The translations under genes and the position numbers were made by a program. DNA of 63,804 nucleotides, counting the filler, from an uncultured bacterium (GTDB lineage Bacteria; CAYUVA01), in the NCBI GenBank assembly GCA_964448115.1. It is 3 parts of 3 records of this genome, joined end to end, with 100 filler letters (N's around TTAATTAATTAA, not from the genome) between each part and the next. Parts side by side here need not be neighbours in the genome. Positions count along the whole stretch, not along the records: positions 58,028 to 63,804 come from CAYUVA010000076.1; 2 more parts are not named here. One strand, written 5' to 3'. The notes below the pieces were generated by a model. That model was not told where the DNA came from. It saw only the letters and a program-made list of their open reading frames with translations, and searched no databases. Shown piece by piece: positions 59,112 to 63,804 of the stretch. Within the stretch, counting starts at the first letter, position 1, and every line of letters begins with the position of its first letter.

Positions 59112-60346
59112 CTCTTATTGTCAGTCGGTGGTGATAGATCGGGATGCCTGGAAAGCTCCTTGGAGATCTCATCCATATCGAGCGCTTTTGTCTTTAGTCG
59201 CATCCTGTGAATGTTCCCCTTCTCGACTAAGAGGAACCGTGGCTCTTTGAGCACCCAACCTGCTGAGTTATAGAACTCCACCGAGGGAAGTATCTTGTTT
59301 AAAAGCTCATTGATCTGCTGTTCCACCTGCCTGGATCGCTGATGATGGGAATGACCGAAGATAAACGAGGTTCTTTGCGGATTGGCTGGGCTCCAGCCGG
59401 TAAACTCGTTGAGCACTTGCTGGATACGATGAACAACCCAGATCACCTGTTCCTTGTACCATTGCCTTTGGCTGGTGATGCGCACCCTTATGTTATCCAT
59501 CATCTCAGCCCAGCGCACCTTGGTGATCGTCTCAAGCAGGGTGAGTAATTTGACAATGGCATGTCCGATGAAGGTGCTGTTGTAATAGTCTGCCTGGTGT
59601 CCATGCTCGATAAAGATGCGAAGCTCGGGATCCCAGAAATATTCAAGCACCGAGATGTTGGGTAAAAGGAGCTTCTGGTCCGTAAAGTTCTCGAACCAGT
59701 TGTCGTGATTGCCTACCAGTAGGATGATCCTCTTTATGCGCATGAACTCCCATAGTATCTCGCGATACTTCAATAATATGCTTGAGAGGTCGGTTCTCCA
59801 AAGATCGAAGAAGTCACCATTTATGATCAAGACGCCATCGTACATGTGGATGACCTTCAAGAAGCGGATGAACTTGTCCATCTTGTGGAATCTATCAAGG
59901 ATACCTCTGCCGGCAAGATGCAGGTCGGAGACGATGAATACCCTCTCTTCTCCAAGCGGTTGCTTATCAGCCTTGCCGAACACGGTGCTTCTTCTAAGCG
60001 CCTTTTTAGGGATAAAATTGACCTCATTAAACGCCTGTTGCAACTGGTTTGCCACTGGCGTGTCGATCTCGGAGAGATACAGCTTGGACTGCTGATCCAT
60101 TATCATGCCGGCGAGGATATTGGCTGCCTTTAGCCATAATATGGGGTGGAAGCCGCGCTGGCGGTGATAAAATCTCAGGAAGCGATGAGAAGAGGTGGTC
60201 GGCGTTGGGGATGCTTGTTCAAGCAGCTCATTGATTATTCTTTGGCTATCCATCAGCAGGCTGAGCAATAAATTGTACTGCCCGTTGCGCAAGATGGTCA
60301 GCAGGTAATCTAGATTATTGTAGATGTCAGCAGCCAGCCTAGGCAT
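59108..60346 (-). CDS. Calcineurin-like metallophosphoesterase (LpxH-like core) with N-terminal extension
   Basis: SDLH, GDFFD, GNHD, EHGH, FGHSH. Confidence 0.88.
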   Translation of the reverse strand: MPRLAADIYNNLDYLLTILRNGQYNLLLSLLMDSQRIINELLEQASPTPTTSSHRFLRFYHRQRGFHPILWLKAANILAGMIMDQQSKLYLSEIDTPVANQLQQAFNEVNFIPKKALRRSTVFGKADKQPLGEERVFIVSDLHLAGRGILDRFHKMDKFIRFLKVIHMYDGVLIINGDFFDLWRTDLSSILLKYREILWEFMRIKRIILLVGNHDNWFENFTDQKLLLPNISVLEYFWDPELRIFIEHGHQADYYNSTFIGHAIVKLLTLLETITKVRWAEMMDNIRVRITSQRQWYKEQVIWVVHRIQQVLNEFTGWSPANPQRTSFIFGHSHHQRSRQVEQQINELLNKILPSVEFYNSAGWVLKEPRFLLVEKGNIHRMRLKTKALDMDEISKELSRHPDLSPPTDNKR

Positions 60347-60413
60347 TTTCTTTAACTGGCTTTTATAATATGTTTAATAGCGCTGATAAGCAACCGACTT
60401 GTAACCTTATTTG

Positions 60414-62453
60414 CTAATGTGTATATCCTAAAGAACGCAATGCAGATTTGGTCTGGATTGATAGAGGCGCTGACTTGATACCTAAAGGTATTCCCAAGCC
60501 AATGCTCAGCTTACGATTTATCTCATGTTGCTCTTGAAGCGCTGAAGCATATTTTGATGATATCTCTCCCTCAGAATAAAGGTTTATAAGCTCCCTAGGG
60601 TCGCCTGCAAGATAGAATAGCTCATTGAAGCCGTAGCTCCATACAACCAATTTGTGATTTTCCTTTATTATCGCCTCGCCATCCTCCGCAAGCAGGATAT
60701 TCTGGGAGATGATAGCGCGCTTCGATGTTAAAGCGCGCTGGGCATGGTCAGCTAAATTGAACCCTTGCAGTTTCTCTGCATCATAATCTATATCGCAAAG
60801 GCTCAAGATAGTGGGCATGATATCGGTGATACAGGCAATAGATTCATCATCCAATCCACTCGGCAGCGCCCAAGGAGCATAGATCGAAAACGGCACCCGC
60901 AGAAGCTCATCGTAGTGCGTATGCCCGTGCTCCACGCCGCCGTGCTCCCAGAACTCCTCGCCGTGATCGCTGCATAGTACTATTATGGTATTCTGCATAA
61001 GTCCCAAGCTCTGAAGATGTCTAAAAAGCCTTCCCAACGAGTCATCAGTCCGAATGACCTCTTGATCGTAAAGGTCCCGAATCCTTTGTTTATCAGCATC
61101 AGAAAGCCTAATCTCTCCGCTACGCAGCCTAGCCATGTCGCTGAAGATATCACCGATATTACTGCCCCGGTTTTCGGTAGCTACCTTGTTAGCGCCCTTA
61201 TTAACTAGCAATGTATCGTACCTGAATGAGGTCTTTACCTTGGCAGTTAGAGCGCAATACGGGGCATGGGGATCTAGGTAATGCAACCATAGGAAGAACC
61301 TGGAGTCTTTATTGTCAGTAAGCCAATCTATTGCGATGTCTGTGAGTCTCTCGGCTGTATCAGAAAGCGGATTGGCTTTAGTGAACGAATCTATTATCCG
61401 CACCAGGAGAATACCTCGATAAGCCATATATGCCTCTGCGCTTGTGGTCAGGTTCATATAGCTGTCGAAGCCCTGATCGAGATTGAACTCGGTGGCTGTG
61501 TATGGATTGGTAACCACTGCCTTGGTGAAGTAACCCGCTTTCTTCATATATTCTGCCAGCGTCTCAGCCTTGTCGCTAAGCGGAGTCTTGGTATAAGGAT
61601 TGAAGCTGTTGACGCTGATGCCACAGCTATGCACCTGCGGATACAAGCCGGTCAATATAGAAGCAACCGCTGGAAGCGTCCATGGACAGCAGGTATAAGC
61701 ACGCTCGAAAGTAAGGCTCTCCTGGGCGAGTCTATCCATTGATGCTGTAGGTACACTGCTGCAACCATAATAGGAAAGGCGATCCTGGCGAAGCGTATCA
61801 ATTACTATCAGCAGTACATTCGGCTGCGAATCGCTCCTATTAGAGTCAGCACCCTTCGCACTCTCAAATATGCGAAGCCCCTCATGAGCGCTAAAGTATA
61901 AAGCAAACGGCATAAGAACTATTAACATGGCCAAAAAGGCAGCCATTAGACGACCGTTTGACCTTGCCAGACCCATAGGTTCCCTGGTGTCTATGAAACG
62001 AAAGACAATTACCGAAAACGCAATCGCTAAAGCTGCCAATGCGATGGTTACTAGGATCAAGGTCAATAGCTGCGCCATCCGAACGATGCCGGCTCTGCTG
62101 AAGGATGCATATATATCGTTGATAAAGAAGAAACCCTTGAGAATTAGCACTAATATAAGCCCAGACGATACATGCAGCGCGAATAACTTTTGTTGGCTTA
62201 ATCTATAACCTTTTAATAATATTATAATATATAATATCGCTGATATGAAAATCATCATGCAGATTGTCAATAAAATGGAAGATACCAAGGGAATATAAAT
62301 AAAATAAATGAGATTTCTAAAGCGATAGAGCACTATCAAGTTCTGCTGGATTACCTCGATAGCCTCGACAATGCCGAGAAAACCACCGATGATAATCCCT
62401 GCCACCAGAGCCTGTTTAATAAAATGCCTGTACATCGTATCATCTAAAGCCAA
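60414..62453 (-). CDS. Membrane-anchored sulfatase/alkaline-phosphatase superfamily protein
   Basis: Several N-terminal TM helices; IDTLRQD, WTLPAVASILTG, DPHAPY, SDHGEE, LRSLGY. Confidence 0.88.
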   Translation of the reverse strand: MALDDTMYRHFIKQALVAGIIIGGFLGIVEAIEVIQQNLIVLYRFRNLIYFIYIPLVSSILLTICMMIFISAILYIIILLKGYRLSQQKLFALHVSSGLILVLILKGFFFINDIYASFSRAGIVRMAQLLTLILVTIALAALAIAFSVIVFRFIDTREPMGLARSNGRLMAAFLAMLIVLMPFALYFSAHEGLRIFESAKGADSNRSDSQPNVLLIVIDTLRQDRLSYYGCSSVPTASMDRLAQESLTFERAYTCCPWTLPAVASILTGLYPQVHSCGISVNSFNPYTKTPLSDKAETLAEYMKKAGYFTKAVVTNPYTATEFNLDQGFDSYMNLTTSAEAYMAYRGILLVRIIDSFTKANPLSDTAERLTDIAIDWLTDNKDSRFFLWLHYLDPHAPYCALTAKVKTSFRYDTLLVNKGANKVATENRGSNIGDIFSDMARLRSGEIRLSDADKQRIRDLYDQEVIRTDDSLGRLFRHLQSLGLMQNTIIVLCSDHGEEFWEHGGVEHGHTHYDELLRVPFSIYAPWALPSGLDDESIACITDIMPTILSLCDIDYDAEKLQGFNLADHAQRALTSKRAIISQNILLAEDGEAIIKENHKLVVWSYGFNELFYLAGDPRELINLYSEGEISSKYASALQEQHEINRKLSIGLGIPLGIKSAPLSIQTKSALRSLGYTH

Positions 62454-62625
62454 TACCGTATCATCGACCTTCTTCTAATACCGAATTTACCTTTAATATG
62501 CAATATCTCCATACTACTTTTCAGTTCATTGTTGACAGATATCGAATCTTGATGTTTAATTAGTAACGTAGCTTGAAATTGAAGGTGGCTCTTTGAGAAA
62601 ATTACAAGGCAAGGAGGAAATAAAG

Positions 62626-63021
62626 GTGAAAACTTCCGCAGTCGTTCTGGTTTTAATAGCAAGCTTTGCATTGTTGTTTACCTCTTGCGAGGATGACCCA
62701 GAGGTTCTCTTCGGATTGGACTATTTTTACTATCGTCCAGAGATCCCCTATGCCAACGAGCAGTGTATATTCCACTTCGCCTGCAAGGGGGGAACCCCAC
62801 CCTATGATGTCTGGATCGACCTGGATGTCAATAAAGATGCCGATAGCGATGGCGAGTTCGACAATGACAAGGATTTGCTATATGAGGATCTCGCCGAGGA
62901 CAAAGATGGAACCCTTATACAGATCTTCCAGGATGCAAAGGATTATTACTGCAAGGCGTGGGCAGAGGATACCGAAGGGACTCAAGACTACAGGGAGTTC
63001 ACTGTAACCGTACAAGAATAG
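62626..63021 (+). CDS. Putative lipoprotein with PKD/Ig-like fold
   Basis: GTG start after AAGGAGG; lipobox FTS-C; GGTPPY; Asp-rich loop. Confidence 0.7.
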   Translation: MKTSAVVLVLIASFALLFTSCEDDPEVLFGLDYFYYRPEIPYANEQCIFHFACKGGTPPYDVWIDLDVNKDADSDGEFDNDKDLLYEDLAEDKDGTLIQIFQDAKDYYCKAWAEDTEGTQDYREFTVTVQE

Positions 63022-63032
63022 AATAGAAAAAA

Positions 63033-63494
63033 ATGCTCAAATTCACCTGCTACATCGCAGTTACCTTATTATGGGCAATAATCTTCATATCCTGCGATGG
63101 AGAGACCATATATAATCGCCCTGATTTGCCTCCTGATATGCTTTATATCAATGGAGTCTATAACTTCAATTCCTATATCAAGTCCTCCACCTGCGAGCAG
63201 ATGGACTATTATCGCGGTGAGATCGTTATTCATCAGCTCGGATATGAGATCTGGGGGCAGATAAAGAAGTTATACAAAAACGGCGAGAAGCTGCCACAGG
63301 AGCAACAGGAGATCTTCGACTTTTATGGCACCGCAACAACTGACGGGCTATTTATCTACACCAACCAGGAGACTTATTCGGGCAATATTCAAGGATCTTA
63401 TGGGCACTATAATTTCGTGGGCACCTTCTTTGGCGATAATGCTTATGACTGTTCCTGGTCTGGCATCTGGAAGGGTAACGAGAAGGAAGAGTAA
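63033..63494 (+). CDS. Putative lipoprotein
   Basis: Signal peptide with lipobox-like FIS-C; beta-rich composition. Confidence 0.7.
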   Translation: MLKFTCYIAVTLLWAIIFISCDGETIYNRPDLPPDMLYINGVYNFNSYIKSSTCEQMDYYRGEIVIHQLGYEIWGQIKKLYKNGEKLPQEQQEIFDFYGTATTDGLFIYTNQETYSGNIQGSYGHYNFVGTFFGDNAYDCSWSGIWKGNEKEE

Positions 63495-63643
63495 TAGACT
63501 TTTTCTATGATCTCAGTCATTTGAAATACCTGAAAAACCCATATCTAGAATCTTGAAAGTCAAGCACCAAACCCCTTGATAAAGCAGCTAGCAGTCTATC
63601 TACAATATAGATGATCAAAATTAAATTTTTTACATTTTACCTC

Positions 63644-63672
63644 TTGACATTTTGAATCAATGATATTATATT
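63644..63672 (+). promoter_or_regulatory. Sigma-70 promoter
   Basis: TTGACA-17-TATATT, then AAAGGAG RBS and ATG 63707. Confidence 0.65.
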
Positions 63673-63804
63673 ATAATCGAGGTTCTTTAAGTGAAAGGAG
63701 AAGAATATGTATAGAGCAAGATTCTTCTCTACAATAACCCCTACTACTTGAAGGCAAGGCGTAAACTCTTACACTTATCAATACTTCGAGTATGACAATG
63801 CTAA

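Noticed and set aside
63536-63551. Single NrdR-box-like CCATATCTAG near the window end
   Set aside because: No convincing partner box about 31 bp away, and the downstream gene is not visible.

Overview
Bacterial chromosomal DNA, probably a draft genome or MAG from a Gram-negative anaerobe of an uncultured lineage. It is three segments joined by two artificial 100-nt linkers (N44-TTAATTAATTAA-N44 at 29400-29499 and 57928-58027), so adjacency across the linkers is not real. Segment 1 holds the tRNA(Thr-Tyr-Gly-Thr)-tuf-rpmG-tRNA(Trp)-secE-nusG-rplK operon; a ~0.9 kb AT-rich regulatory region; a DnaA paralogue lacking its arginine finger, convergent with an XRE/S24-fold regulator lacking its autocleavage residues; a sigma-54 promoter before a small protein; an IS481 remnant; a CLC-CBS-RCK_C transporter; an rpiB-dCMP deaminase-nrdR-sirC-PP2C operon; GT-C and ligase-like TPR membrane proteins; an ADP-forming acyl-CoA synthetase; a groEL without groES; and a B12 radical SAM gene. 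Segment 2 holds acpS-ahbAB-ihf-merR-tRNA(Pro), a glycosyltransferase cluster with a repeat-bounded B12 radical SAM gene, cobA/hemD, a long KamA-like enzyme, bioY, and two convergent large secreted proteins flanking tRNA-Thr(CGT) and a restriction-modification remnant. Segment 3 holds a methyltransferase, a metallophosphoesterase, a sulfatase-fold protein, two lipoproteins and a possible Thr-rich leader peptide. Strongest candidates for novelty: (1) a conserved ~105-aa C-terminal domain (IxxGYMxT..GG...WPxLxx(x)E-stop) after a Pro/Thr linker on two unrelated secreted proteins, a possible sorting or anchoring signal; (2) the degenerate DnaA plus non-cleavable repressor, with NrdR-like boxes upstream. 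All calls come from reading the sequence and from recalled family motifs; no searches were run.
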